Below, one piece after another: positions 52,516 to 61,714 of a stretch of 64,000 bases of DNA (its first letter is position 1; every line of letters starts with the position of its first letter). Source of the DNA: a bacterium (GTDB lineage: Bacteria; SAR324; NAC60-12); NCBI GenBank assembly GCA_965209155.1, contig OZ242383.1, positions 3,744,001-3,808,000 of the forward strand, written 5' to 3'. The notes under the pieces are model-generated. The model was not told the origin of the DNA and ran no database searches. It worked only from the letters and a program-made list of their open reading frames with translations. The position numbers were made by a program, and so were the translations under genes.

Positions 52516-52617
52516 TTCAATCAATTTATTAATTCGTTTGAGTGTCTTTTTGTCTTGGGATTGCCAATAGATATAACCTTGCCAGGCTTCATCAGTCCAA
52601 GCTAACTTTCTACTCAT
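52516..52617 (-). pseudogene. yoeB: Txe/YoeB toxin, N-terminal fragment only
   Basis: translates MSRKLAWTDEAWQGYIYWQSQDKKTLKRINKLIE and then runs into the permease 3' end. Confidence 0.8.
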
Positions 52618-52859
52618 CTATTAATTCTCTTTCCTGGATGTTTTTCCTTTTATATTGTTGGATTTTACAAATGAGCAGTGTTTGCTGGTGATCTGAGAAG
52701 ATGAAGGGTCTCCATATAACCATTGAAGGTTTCTAAGGACATAACAACTGCATCTTCTGAGTCACGGCGGGTAATTACGGTATAATCCGCATCCTCTACA
52801 ACTTGATCTAAAAAGGATTTTAAATTGCTTCTGGCTTCACTGATATTAACAATTCGCAT
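52610..52859 (-). pseudogene. yefM: YefM/Axe antitoxin, frameshifted near C-terminus
   Basis: MRIVNISEARSNLK..ITRR..AVVMSL..ETLHLLRSPAN stops at 52665; typical tail QQYK..ERELIDE* lies in another frame. Confidence 0.8.
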
Positions 52860-52885
52860 AATTTCTTCCTTTTTTGTATTGTTTA

Positions 52886-52935
52886 TTGTACAAGTATTAT
52901 CGGAGTTTGTTGATATGTCCAGTATTTTGTACAAA
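52886..52935. promoter_or_regulatory. YefM-type operator palindromes
   Basis: TTGTACAA (52886-52893) and TTTGTACAAA (52926-52935) upstream of yefM. Confidence 0.65.
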
Positions 52936-52992
52936 TGTGAAAGGTACGGACTATCGCCGCAGTGTACCAGAAGCGAGGATTGAGCGTTGAGT

Positions 52993-53913
52993 TCAATAAA
53001 CCGGATCCGGGTCTTCTGGTGGTCGGGTTTTCCAACGACGGTGCATCCAGAAATACTGTTGAGGATAGAGGCGGATAAATTTTTCGAAAATATTGCTGAT
53101 TTCCTGGGTGATGTTGAGTTGATCCAATTCTTTATTTCCTGTTTGCTCATAGTTCAAGCGTAGAAAAAAAACCTCGAGTTTGTCTCCAACAAAGGGGGCA
53201 AACACCATAATGATGGGGCTTTTGCGCGCGAGGTGAAATCCTGCAACACTTTTTGGCATGGTGGCAGTTTTGTTAAAAAATTTTACGAAAGTTGTTGATT
53301 TTCGATTATTTTGATCCGGATTGTACGCAAGAATATTTTGCTTGTTGAGAACTCGCATGAACCGAAAACGCGCCGATTCGCCTTTTCCAATGGTATCTGC
53401 ACCAAAACTGGCCCGTGTTTGATTCTGGAGCCTGTCGACCAGGGGATTACTCTGGGCACCCACGTAAACATACATTTGATAACCCTTTTCAGCCAGGGCG
53501 GGAACAATCATTTCCCAATTTCCCAAATGAGCGCTGATCAAAAGAACCCCATTGTTTTCAGAAAGCGCTTCATCGAGAATCGCTAAATTGTGGAAGGAAA
53601 CATATTCTGCGGTTCGGCCTTTCCAATAATCCATCCTGAGGATGGCGACTGCCATTTGAGCGGACCATTGATAGTTGGCGATGAGGAGATTTTTTCGCTC
53701 CTTTTGCGTCATTTCGGGGAAGGCGATATTGAGATTGGTTTGAACGATTTTGTGGTTCACCCGAAAGACATAATACAACAACACGAAAATGATGAATCGG
53801 TAGGCCTTCAAAGTTTTTTGCGAAGCATGCAGGACTCCCTTTTTGAGAAATTTGACAATGAAATATTCAATACGGTGCTTGAAACGAATTTTTACCGGTA
53901 TTTCTTCAACCAT
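52993..53913 (-). CDS. lipid A biosynthesis acyltransferase (LpxL/HtrB family)
   Basis: SAHLGNWE, PDQ, YPQQYFWMHRRWK. Confidence 0.88.
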   Translation of the reverse strand: MVEEIPVKIRFKHRIEYFIVKFLKKGVLHASQKTLKAYRFIIFVLLYYVFRVNHKIVQTNLNIAFPEMTQKERKNLLIANYQWSAQMAVAILRMDYWKGRTAEYVSFHNLAILDEALSENNGVLLISAHLGNWEMIVPALAEKGYQMYVYVGAQSNPLVDRLQNQTRASFGADTIGKGESARFRFMRVLNKQNILAYNPDQNNRKSTTFVKFFNKTATMPKSVAGFHLARKSPIIMVFAPFVGDKLEVFFLRLNYEQTGNKELDQLNITQEISNIFEKFIRLYPQQYFWMHRRWKTRPPEDPDPVY

Positions 53914-54026
53914 TGACGAGTTGACAGGTAGTCGAGGCAGGATGGTCCGATTTTTTCAAATGTACGGAGGCATGTATTCAGGGCTAAGAGGTCGCTCGGT
54001 TTGCAAGTAGAATAAGTCGAAAAAAA

Positions 54027-54647
54027 TCAGTGCGGTGTTTTTCTCAATATGACCACTCCTCCATTTTTACCAGGAACGGCACCTTGAAGCAGGAGAAGGT
54101 TATGATCGGGTAAAATTCTTGAAACTTTCAATCCCAGGACGGTGACATTCTTATTGCCGTATTGTCCCGGCATTTTCTTTCCCTTGAATACTCGAGCGGG
54201 AGTAGTGCATTGGCCAATACTACCTGTACGTCGATGACCCCGGTGTCCATGACTGGCAGGCTGTCCTCCGAAATTATGACGTTTTATGGTACCAGCGAAT
54301 CCTTTGCCCTTGGACACCCCGGTTACCATTATTTTTTCGCCTTCTTGAAAAATACTTTGGTCGAATACCTGTCCCACTTCAACCTGCGATATGTCCGAAA
54401 CTCTGAATTCTTTCAAATAGCGCATGGGTTTTTGATCTTTAAAATGTCCTTTTTGGGGTAGGTTGACCTTACGTACTTCGATTTCTTCATAACCCACCTG
54501 GACACTGTCATAGCCTTCACGCCCTTTTGTTTTTTTCTGGATCACCGTGGCAGGTCCTGCCTGGACGACGGTTACTGGAATTGACGTACCATCCGCTTCA
54601 AATACCTGGGTCATTCCAATCTTACGACCCAATATGCCATTCAACAT
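54027..54647 (-). CDS. rplC: 50S ribosomal protein L3
   Basis: GRKIGMTQVF, SKGKGFAG, GSIGQ, VFKGKKMPG, GAVPG. Confidence 0.97.
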   Translation of the reverse strand: MLNGILGRKIGMTQVFEADGTSIPVTVVQAGPATVIQKKTKGREGYDSVQVGYEEIEVRKVNLPQKGHFKDQKPMRYLKEFRVSDISQVEVGQVFDQSIFQEGEKIMVTGVSKGKGFAGTIKRHNFGGQPASHGHRGHRRTGSIGQCTTPARVFKGKKMPGQYGNKNVTVLGLKVSRILPDHNLLLLQGAVPGKNGGVVILRKTPH

Positions 54648-54751
54648 GCTTACCTTTCTTTCAAAATGCGATTTATTGAATTTTTTTTATTTTATATGAT
54701 TGAAAAAATTTTCACAAGAATGTTTTTGACAGGCAGTGATTCCGGATCGTT

Positions 54752-55528
54752 TCACCGGGAATCTTTGCTTTCGATTTCCAAGCGTTGAGGCTGCCAGGCG
54801 CGTTTTGGCAAGTCAACGAGTTGCAAATGAATGGTGACCGGAAATATCTGACGGGCAGACACTGCTTGCACGTAGACAAGCGCTCTACCTTCTTCTTCAT
54901 TGATATTGATGTCCATTTCAGGTGATTTGAAATCCTGGATGGCGCCAAATTGCTGAGCGACTTCCGGGGTATTTTGCAAATAAGAAATTGCCGTTTGATA
55001 GGCAGCGGTTTTTTTTAGAATCAAAGGCTGGATCAGAAGTGCGCTGAAGAAATAACCAAAAAAAATGGTATTGGCCGTCATCAAACGAATAATAAAACGG
55101 CGGGGATTGGGATTTTCAATAACCACCGTTCGTATCCACCGGTCACCAATCCTGCGTCCATGACTGTCCGTCAACAGCAACAAACCCTCCAAGGGCAAAA
55201 TCAATAAGGATAAATTTCTCAAAATCGTATTTGCTACAGATGGACTCTTCGATAAATCTTCCAATCGACGCACCGTGATGCCAAAAATGAATTTCCCCGG
55301 ACTGCATCCCTTCCATCCATCTTTACAAAGCAACAGGAAGCATATTCCCAAATAGAGTGAAATGAGATTTCGCCATTTGGAGGAAGCGAGTTGCAGGTCC
55401 CAATGCTCCGGGTAACTGAGATAATTGAAAGTATTGACCAGGAGGAGGGCAAAGGCAAAATCCAGGATGAAAGCAAACAGTCGCTTGCCATGGGATGCGA
55501 TTCTCAGTCTTTCACGTGTTGCAGTCAT
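54752..55528 (-). CDS. RDD-family membrane protein with C-terminal soluble domain
   Basis: KRLFAFILD, SPGKFIFG, RRIGD..T.V. Confidence 0.8.
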   Translation of the reverse strand: MTATRERLRIASHGKRLFAFILDFAFALLLVNTFNYLSYPEHWDLQLASSKWRNLISLYLGICFLLLCKDGWKGCSPGKFIFGITVRRLEDLSKSPSVANTILRNLSLLILPLEGLLLLTDSHGRRIGDRWIRTVVIENPNPRRFIIRLMTANTIFFGYFFSALLIQPLILKKTAAYQTAISYLQNTPEVAQQFGAIQDFKSPEMDININEEEGRALVYVQAVSARQIFPVTIHLQLVDLPKRAWQPQRLEIESKDSR

Positions 55529-55541
55529 AGGCACCCCGGAC

Positions 55542-57266
55542 TTATACGATTGAATTGAATGAGGTCGATGAATCTTTCATTTTCTTCGCATGCGCCAACA
55601 TTTCTGATGCCAGACTCAAAGTTTGGGAGGTGATTTCCGCCCCTCCCATCAAACGGGCCAACTCGTGCACTCGTTCTTGCGGGTCGAGTGCCTGGATTGA
55701 GGTATAAGTCGCGTTCTGATGAATGGTTTTGGAAATTGCAAAATGGTGCTGGGAGAAGGAAACGATTTGTGGAAGATGCGTCACGCACAAAGCCTGACGC
55801 ATTTTTCCCAAAGAATGCAATTTGTATCCAACCATTTCCGCTATACGCCCGCTGATGCCGCTATCGATCTCGTCAAAAATCAATGTTTCTACCGGATCAA
55901 TCGAAAGGAGAACTGTTTTTAAGGCCAACATGATGCGAGCAAGCTCACCTCCGGATGCTACTTTAGCTAAACTACGGAGACTTTGCCCCGGATTGACGGA
56001 TAATAAAAATTCCACGTGATCGATACCATCGGGGGTGTACTGCACGCTTCTTTCGGGATTCTTTTGGAATTTTGTCGCCAATTGCGTTTTGAATCTGACT
56101 TTGTCCATACCGAGTTGTATGAGTTCTTCTTTGACTTGCCGGTCGAATTTTTTTGCAACTCGCTGTCGTGCGGCAGATAAAATTTGAGATTGATGCTGCA
56201 GGGTGCTCCAGGAAGCTTTCATTTTTTCATCGAGCGTTTTTTCGCTCTCTTCCGGATTTTGCAATTGATCCAACTTTTCGGTGATTTGCTGAAAATATTG
56301 CAAGAGTTCCGGAATGGAACACCCGTATTTTCGTTTCAGTGTTTGAATCTGACTGAGTCTTTGATTGGTCCATTCCAAACGTTGCGGGTTTTCCAGGTAT
56401 TGGGTGCTAAATTTACTGAATCCTCGACGTAAATCCTCGATTTGAAATAGACAATCTTCCAATGTGAGACGGAAATCTCTACAGGCGGGGTCTATTTTTT
56501 CGGCCTCTTTCAAGGATTGTCCAATCATTCCAAGGCGCTCCACGAGAGAACCGTCCTGGTCATAGAGAGCTTCCCGGGCTTCTGCGAATATCAATGCCAA
56601 CTTGGAGGCATTGCTTAAAATTTGCGCTTCCCGGGAAAGAATTTCCTCTTCGTCGGCCTTCAAATCCATCTCCGAGATTTCTTTGTGCTGGAACTCGAGA
56701 TCTTCCATTTGCCGGGCATCTTCTCGAAGCCGTTGTTGGAATGATTCGTATCTCTTCAAATCCTGTTGAAATGTGTGATAGGATGTATTGACTATCTCGC
56801 GCAAGTCTCTTAAATGTCCATAATCGTCCAGAAAATCAACATGGGAGGAAACTTGCAGCAATGCCTGGTTGTCGTGCTGGCCGTGGATGGTAACCAGCAT
56901 TTTCCCCGATTCTTCGAGTGTGGCGCGGGTGACTGCGACTTCATTGAGAAAAATTTTTTGCCGGTTGTTGTCCTGGAGAATTCGTCGGATGATCAATTCC
57001 GATTCGAACGGGATATCGATTTTTTGCAAGATTCGTTGCACGTTTTTTAAATTGCTGATATCAAAAACTGCCTCGACCAAAGCTTGTGATTCACCGGAGC
57101 GGATCAGGGAGTAATCGGCTTTTTTACCAGTGATGAAGTGGAGCGCGTCAATGATGATGGATTTACCCGCGCCTGTTTCACCGGTTAAAATGGAAAATCC
57201 CTCATCAAATTCTATTTCAACCAGTCGAATGGTGGCTAAATTGTTAATCTTGAGGCGTAATAACAT
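55542..57266 (-). CDS. recN: DNA repair protein RecN
   Basis: TGETGAGKS, IHGQH, ASGGELAR, FDEIDSGISG, VTHLPQ. Confidence 0.96.
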   Translation of the reverse strand: MLLRLKINNLATIRLVEIEFDEGFSILTGETGAGKSIIIDALHFITGKKADYSLIRSGESQALVEAVFDISNLKNVQRILQKIDIPFESELIIRRILQDNNRQKIFLNEVAVTRATLEESGKMLVTIHGQHDNQALLQVSSHVDFLDDYGHLRDLREIVNTSYHTFQQDLKRYESFQQRLREDARQMEDLEFQHKEISEMDLKADEEEILSREAQILSNASKLALIFAEAREALYDQDGSLVERLGMIGQSLKEAEKIDPACRDFRLTLEDCLFQIEDLRRGFSKFSTQYLENPQRLEWTNQRLSQIQTLKRKYGCSIPELLQYFQQITEKLDQLQNPEESEKTLDEKMKASWSTLQHQSQILSAARQRVAKKFDRQVKEELIQLGMDKVRFKTQLATKFQKNPERSVQYTPDGIDHVEFLLSVNPGQSLRSLAKVASGGELARIMLALKTVLLSIDPVETLIFDEIDSGISGRIAEMVGYKLHSLGKMRQALCVTHLPQIVSFSQHHFAISKTIHQNATYTSIQALDPQERVHELARLMGGAEITSQTLSLASEMLAHAKKMKDSSTSFNSIV

Positions 57267-57496
57267 CAGGAATTAAAATGAAAAAAGGAACCTCTTTGAA
57301 TGGCTGACGAACTACCGCGCTGTTTCATTGGGAGTCAAAAAATAGAAATATCAGAGACCATCACTGCCGACAATATAAAAATGGTTGACGCGAAGTATAG
57401 CATGTCGACTGTTTTCGCGGGGAAACCATCCTCACGCTTCTCATCTCGAGGGAAGGGTGAATTTCAAAGAAAATATTGTTCGGAGACATGATATTT

Positions 57497-57721
57497 AACC
57501 TGAGTTCGAGAAAAGCAATTAATAAATTCAATAGTTATGGAATCTTCATATCATAAGAGAATCCTTGTCATTCCTGCGAAAGCAGGAATCCAGAGATATG
57601 CAAACAGACAGAAATCTGGATCCGCGCTCCCTGCTCCCCGCTTTCATAGGGACAAGTTTAGCGCGGATGACTTATACACCAGGATAATCCAATTATCGAA
57701 GATTTATGTCGAACCCAGGTT
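57497..57721. mobile_element. MITE-like element with nested palindromic repeats
   Basis: 13-bp TIR AACCTGAGTTCGA / TCGAACCCAGGTT (1 mismatch); internal GTCATTCCTGCGAAAGCAGGAATCCAG...CTGGATCCGCGC...GCGCGGATGAC. Confidence 0.7.
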
Positions 57722-57746
57722 AATTAAATTTTAGCAGGTATATTTG

Positions 57747-58856
57747 ATGGGAGATAGTTTCGGACGTCTTTTTCGCATTACGACTTGGGGTGAATCGCAT
57801 GGCGGAGGAGTGGGAGTCGTCATAGACGGTTGTCCCGCAGGATTACCCATCAGCGAAAAAGAAATTCAATTTGAATTGGACCGTCGCAAACCCGGACAAA
57901 GTCGTATCACGTCACACCGAAAAGAGAGCGATGAGGCAAAGTTGCTCTCCGGGGTTTTTAAAGGGAAAACCTTGGGATCGGCCATTTCAATCATGGTCTG
58001 GAATGAGGATGCGCGTTCCAAAGACTATGAAGCGCTGAAGGATCTCTATCGACCCAGCCATGCCGACTACACTTATGAAGCCCGCTATGGGTTGCGTAAC
58101 TGGCAAGGAGGGGGGCGGGCCAGCGCTCGTGAAACGATAGGACGGGTAGCGGCAGGGGCCATTGCGAAAAAAATTTTGAAAACGCATTGCGGCATCGAGA
58201 CGCTGGCGTACGTGGAACAAATCCATGATATCAAAGCGCAGGTAGAGAGGGAAAAGCTGACCTTTGAGCAAATCGAGAAAAATATGGTCCGATGTCCTGA
58301 TGAATCTTGCGCGCCCGGAATGATCCGGCGCATTGAAGAGGCGCGAAAAGTCGGAGACAGCGTGGGTGGGATTCTTGCTGTTCTCGTACGAAACACCCCC
58401 CCGGGATGGGGCGACCCGATATTTGACAAACTCACCGCGGATTTATCCAAGGCGGTGATGTCCCTTCCTGCAACAAGAGGGGTTGAATTTGGATTGGGAT
58501 TCGACTCGGTCCTCTTGACGGGTTCTCAACACAATGATCCTTTTGTGTTTAAAGATGAGCGGGTACGTACCAGGACAAATCATTCCGGCGGAATTCAAGG
58601 TGGTATTTCAAACGGCGAAGATATTCACATGCGAGTCGCTTTCAAACCCACCGCCACCATCAACTTTGAGCAAGATACGATAACACGGGACGGGAAAGCA
58701 ACCAGATTGAAAGCAAAAGGAAGGCACGATCCTTGTGTTCTCCCTCGTGCGGTTCCCATGGTGGAAGCGATGGTGAATTTAGTATTGGTGGATCATTTTT
58801 TACGAACTTTGTCTAAAAAGAATCAAAATCTTTCACAAATGGTGAAAAGCAATTGA
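57747..58856 (+). CDS. aroC: chorismate synthase
   Basis: [37 protein letters not shown]. Confidence 0.97.
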   Translation: MGDSFGRLFRITTWGESHGGGVGVVIDGCPAGLPISEKEIQFELDRRKPGQSRITSHRKESDEAKLLSGVFKGKTLGSAISIMVWNEDARSKDYEALKDLYRPSHADYTYEARYGLRNWQGGGRASARETIGRVAAGAIAKKILKTHCGIETLAYVEQIHDIKAQVEREKLTFEQIEKNMVRCPDESCAPGMIRRIEEARKVGDSVGGILAVLVRNTPPGWGDPIFDKLTADLSKAVMSLPATRGVEFGLGFDSVLLTGSQHNDPFVFKDERVRTRTNHSGGIQGGISNGEDIHMRVAFKPTATINFEQDTITRDGKATRLKAKGRHDPCVLPRAVPMVEAMVNLVLVDHFLRTLSKKNQNLSQMVKSN

Positions 58857-58867
58857 AATTTCTCCTT

Positions 58868-58882
58868 TGGCACTAGCTTTGC
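58868..58882 (+). promoter_or_regulatory. sigma54 (-24/-12) promoter
   Basis: TGGCAC-TAGCT-TTGC, exact consensus spacing. Confidence 0.65.
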
Positions 58883-58927
58883 TTGCATAGTTGGCGAACA
58901 ATTGTCAAGCTGTCTTTGGAGAGTGTC

Positions 58928-59041
58928 ATGGAAAGAGACTACGAAGAGAAGGATTCTCGTTATCCCATTTTTCTGGTCATCTCAGGATTATTGTTATTTG
59001 CTGTTTCGGTTTTGATTCAAATCGCAATCATTTCTTCTTAA
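58928..59041 (+). CDS. 37-aa single-pass membrane microprotein
   Basis: GGAGAG RBS; MERDYEEKDSRYPIFLVISGLLLFAVSVLIQIAIISS. Confidence 0.5.
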   Translation: MERDYEEKDSRYPIFLVISGLLLFAVSVLIQIAIISS

Positions 59042-59050
59042 TAATCCATT

Positions 59051-60013
59051 GTGCACTATGATGTGTTTAATGGGGATGCAGATGGAATTTGCGCGTTGCA
59101 CCAGTTGAGGTTGGAAGTTCCTCGGGAGAGTGAGCTGATCAGCGGCGTCAAGCGTGACGTCAATTTACTGCAACGACTATCAGGGATTGAAGACAGCACC
59201 ATCACGGTCTTAGACATTTCTTTGGATACGAACAGGGCCAGCCTGCTGGAACTGCTTTGCCGCCGCAATAAAATCCTGTATTTTGATCATCATTTCGCAG
59301 GAGAAATTCCTCGTTCCCCCGGATTGGACGTATTCATAGACACCGCTCCCAACGTTTGTACCAGTCTACTGGTAGATCGATACCTGCAGGGTCACTATCG
59401 AACCTGGGCGATAGCGGCTGCTTTCGGAGACAACCTCCACACGCCTGCCTGGGAATTATCTGCCTCCCTGGCATTACCGGAATTTCAAGTGCGACAACTT
59501 CGCGAATTGGGTGAGTTGATCAATTACAACAGTTATGGAGACGAGATCAAAGATCTGAATTATTCTCCAATTGCCTTGTACCAGGCATTAAAACCTTTCG
59601 AAGACCCTTGGGAGTTTTATCACCAGTCTGAAGTCGTATCGGTCTTAAAGTATAGCTACGTCGATGATCTGGAAAAAGCCAGGTCACATACTCCAATCAA
59701 GCAATGCGAGGCCGGTTCAATTTACCAATTCCCCGCACGGTCCTGGAGCAAAAGGATTGCAGGAGTTTTTTGCAACATCATTGCTCGTGAAGAACCTGAA
59801 AAAGCCCATGCGCTCCTGGTAGACAGGGGAGATGGAAATTTTTTGGTGAGTGTCCGTGCTCCAGTGAATCGTCCAATTGGGGCTGATCGCTTGTGCCATG
59901 ACTTTCATACTGGGGGAGGCAGAAAAGCTGCTGCCGGGATCAATAAGCTCCCTGATACGAAAGTCGATTGCTTCCTGGAGCAATTCGAGTCGGTTTTTAC
60001 TCATCACCCTTAA
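59051..60013 (+). CDS. DHH-family phosphoesterase-like protein
   Basis: FNGDADG, LDIS, YFDHH, TGGGR..AAG. Confidence 0.82.
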   Translation: MHYDVFNGDADGICALHQLRLEVPRESELISGVKRDVNLLQRLSGIEDSTITVLDISLDTNRASLLELLCRRNKILYFDHHFAGEIPRSPGLDVFIDTAPNVCTSLLVDRYLQGHYRTWAIAAAFGDNLHTPAWELSASLALPEFQVRQLRELGELINYNSYGDEIKDLNYSPIALYQALKPFEDPWEFYHQSEVVSVLKYSYVDDLEKARSHTPIKQCEAGSIYQFPARSWSKRIAGVFCNIIAREEPEKAHALLVDRGDGNFLVSVRAPVNRPIGADRLCHDFHTGGGRKAAAGINKLPDTKVDCFLEQFESVFTHHP

Positions 60014-60074
60014 AGAGATTCACCATGCAAGATGGATATTTAAGATGTATTTGTCTATTGGCAGGAGGTTTGAT

Positions 60075-60636
60075 TAATCTCATTAAACCACCAGCTCTGC
60101 TGGTGCGAACCTAATAGGCTTTTCCGGTCAGACATGAGAAACGTATCCGTGTCCGTTAGCCGTGCTCGTGCTCGTGAACGGTCAGTGAATTCGACGGCAC
60201 ATTTTAGTTAACATAGAAACAATGCGATGAAGTAACTGTTTCCCTTCGTCAAATAAAGGAGGCTGGATGATCTTCAACACGTTTAAAACATCGAGAATAG
60301 CAGTGCATTCCATTGCGGAACCTCGGGCCAATGCATAGAATCGTTGCTTGTCAGGAAAGGAATTTTTTCCACAGCCTTCTGCGATATTGAGAGGAATCGA
60401 CCATGAGGCCCTTTTCAGTTGGTCAACTAAGGCTGAGTATCCTTTTGGCAATGTTTCGATGACTTGGACAGATAACGCTAAAAATTCGATGGAACATTGG
60501 TATACATCGAGTTTTTCATGATCTAACATGGCAGCCTTTTTCGTTCACGAGCACGAGCACGTCTTACGATGACGAACACGTTTTGCCCTCATACTGGGGG
60601 CCTCTTCAAGCCACCGGCTCTGCCGGTGGTGATGAC
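60075..60636 (+). mobile_element. non-autonomous IS200/IS605-like element carrying a four-helix-bundle gene, copy 2
   Basis: near-identical to 35517-36078 with unrelated flanks; left end 60075 or 60078. Confidence 0.8.
60182..60529 (-). CDS. four helix bundle protein (23S rRNA IVP / Avd-like family)
   Basis: 4 amino-acid differences from 35624-35971. Confidence 0.9.
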   Translation of the reverse strand: MLDHEKLDVYQCSIEFLALSVQVIETLPKGYSALVDQLKRASWSIPLNIAEGCGKNSFPDKQRFYALARGSAMECTAILDVLNVLKIIQPPLFDEGKQLLHRIVSMLTKMCRRIH

Positions 60637-61714
60637 TGCTTTGATGAGCAGTGGATGTGAATATAGCGAAAAGGAATATATGGCAAAAGTCAATATTGCT
60701 ACCGAGTATCAACGCCTGGCGCAGCAAAGACAAGCGGCCCTGGTGGCCAATTAGAAAAAAACGAAGTACCAAGAAAACGCCTTGCATTCATTACATATTT
60801 ATCGCAGATATTGGACCATCAAAATGCTCGGGAAATAAAGTGGGTTGAAATGAAGAAATTCGTTCCCCCTGGTGGGGTACAGTGCTTGCGAAAAAACACA
60901 GGATTTTTGATTGCACTATCTTTTGAAATGGAATATAAAGATATTAAACAACTCCTGACCCCCGTCGTGGGGCTGAGCGTGGCAGACACCGAGTCTGTTG
61001 CGAAAAACCGATTCACCCTATGCAGGATGAATCGTTCTTGTCACCCTCAATTAAAAGAGGTTTCTATGAGTACCAAAAAGAAATTTGTTGCCTCCCTCAT
61101 GAGGCTGAACCCGGCAGGCTCCCGGTCTGCTGGACAAAAACCTGTCTTCGCAAAAGCGGGGATGCGATCCTTATTGTTCACCCTGACCCTGATGGTGGCC
61201 GCCTTTGGGGTTTTCCCGCTGGAGGGGTTGGCCAAAAAGATGGCCTGGGACCCCTCCATCAATAAGATGGTCGATGCTCCCCAGTATGGGGGGAGCTTGA
61301 CCTTGGCCAAGAAGGATCATAGTTTAATGTATGATACTTGGGTGAGCGGTAGAGCAGCAGGTGAAATCAGTGGTATTGTCGAGAAACTGGGCATCTCGGA
61401 CTGGTCCCAACCGAGGGACTCCTTTGCTTTGGTGAGTGGCTATATGCTGCCGCTCTTCGCCATTCGGGGAGCCCTGGCAGAAGGCTGGGAACAGAGCGAC
61501 CCGCTCACGTACACCTTTTACATCCGCAAGGGTGTGCATTTCCATGATAAGCCCCCGGCCAATGGGAGAGAATTGACGGCCAAGGATATCGAATGGAACT
61601 ATCACCGTTATTGGGGAAGCGGCAGTGGTTTCACCAAACCGAGCCCAGGCGCAGGGCTATTCGGAGAGTTACCGCTGGAGTCGATCACGGCCACTGATGA
61701 ATATACGGTCGTTT

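Larger units (their letters stand above)
60025..60754 (+). pseudogene. small putative lipoprotein interrupted by the four-helix-bundle element
   Basis: removing the element restores MQDGYLRCICLLAGGLI(N)ALMSSGC-EYSEKEYMAKVNIATEYQRLAQQRQAALVAN*. Confidence 0.55.

Noticed and set aside
29560..52935. Integron or CRISPR array
   Set aside because: No tyrosine integrase, no attC-like sites I could identify, no regularly spaced short repeats and no cas genes
52860..53150. 161-aa ORF suggesting an N-terminally extended YefM
   Set aside because: Extension overlaps the acyltransferase gene and the operator region; real start is ATG 52859
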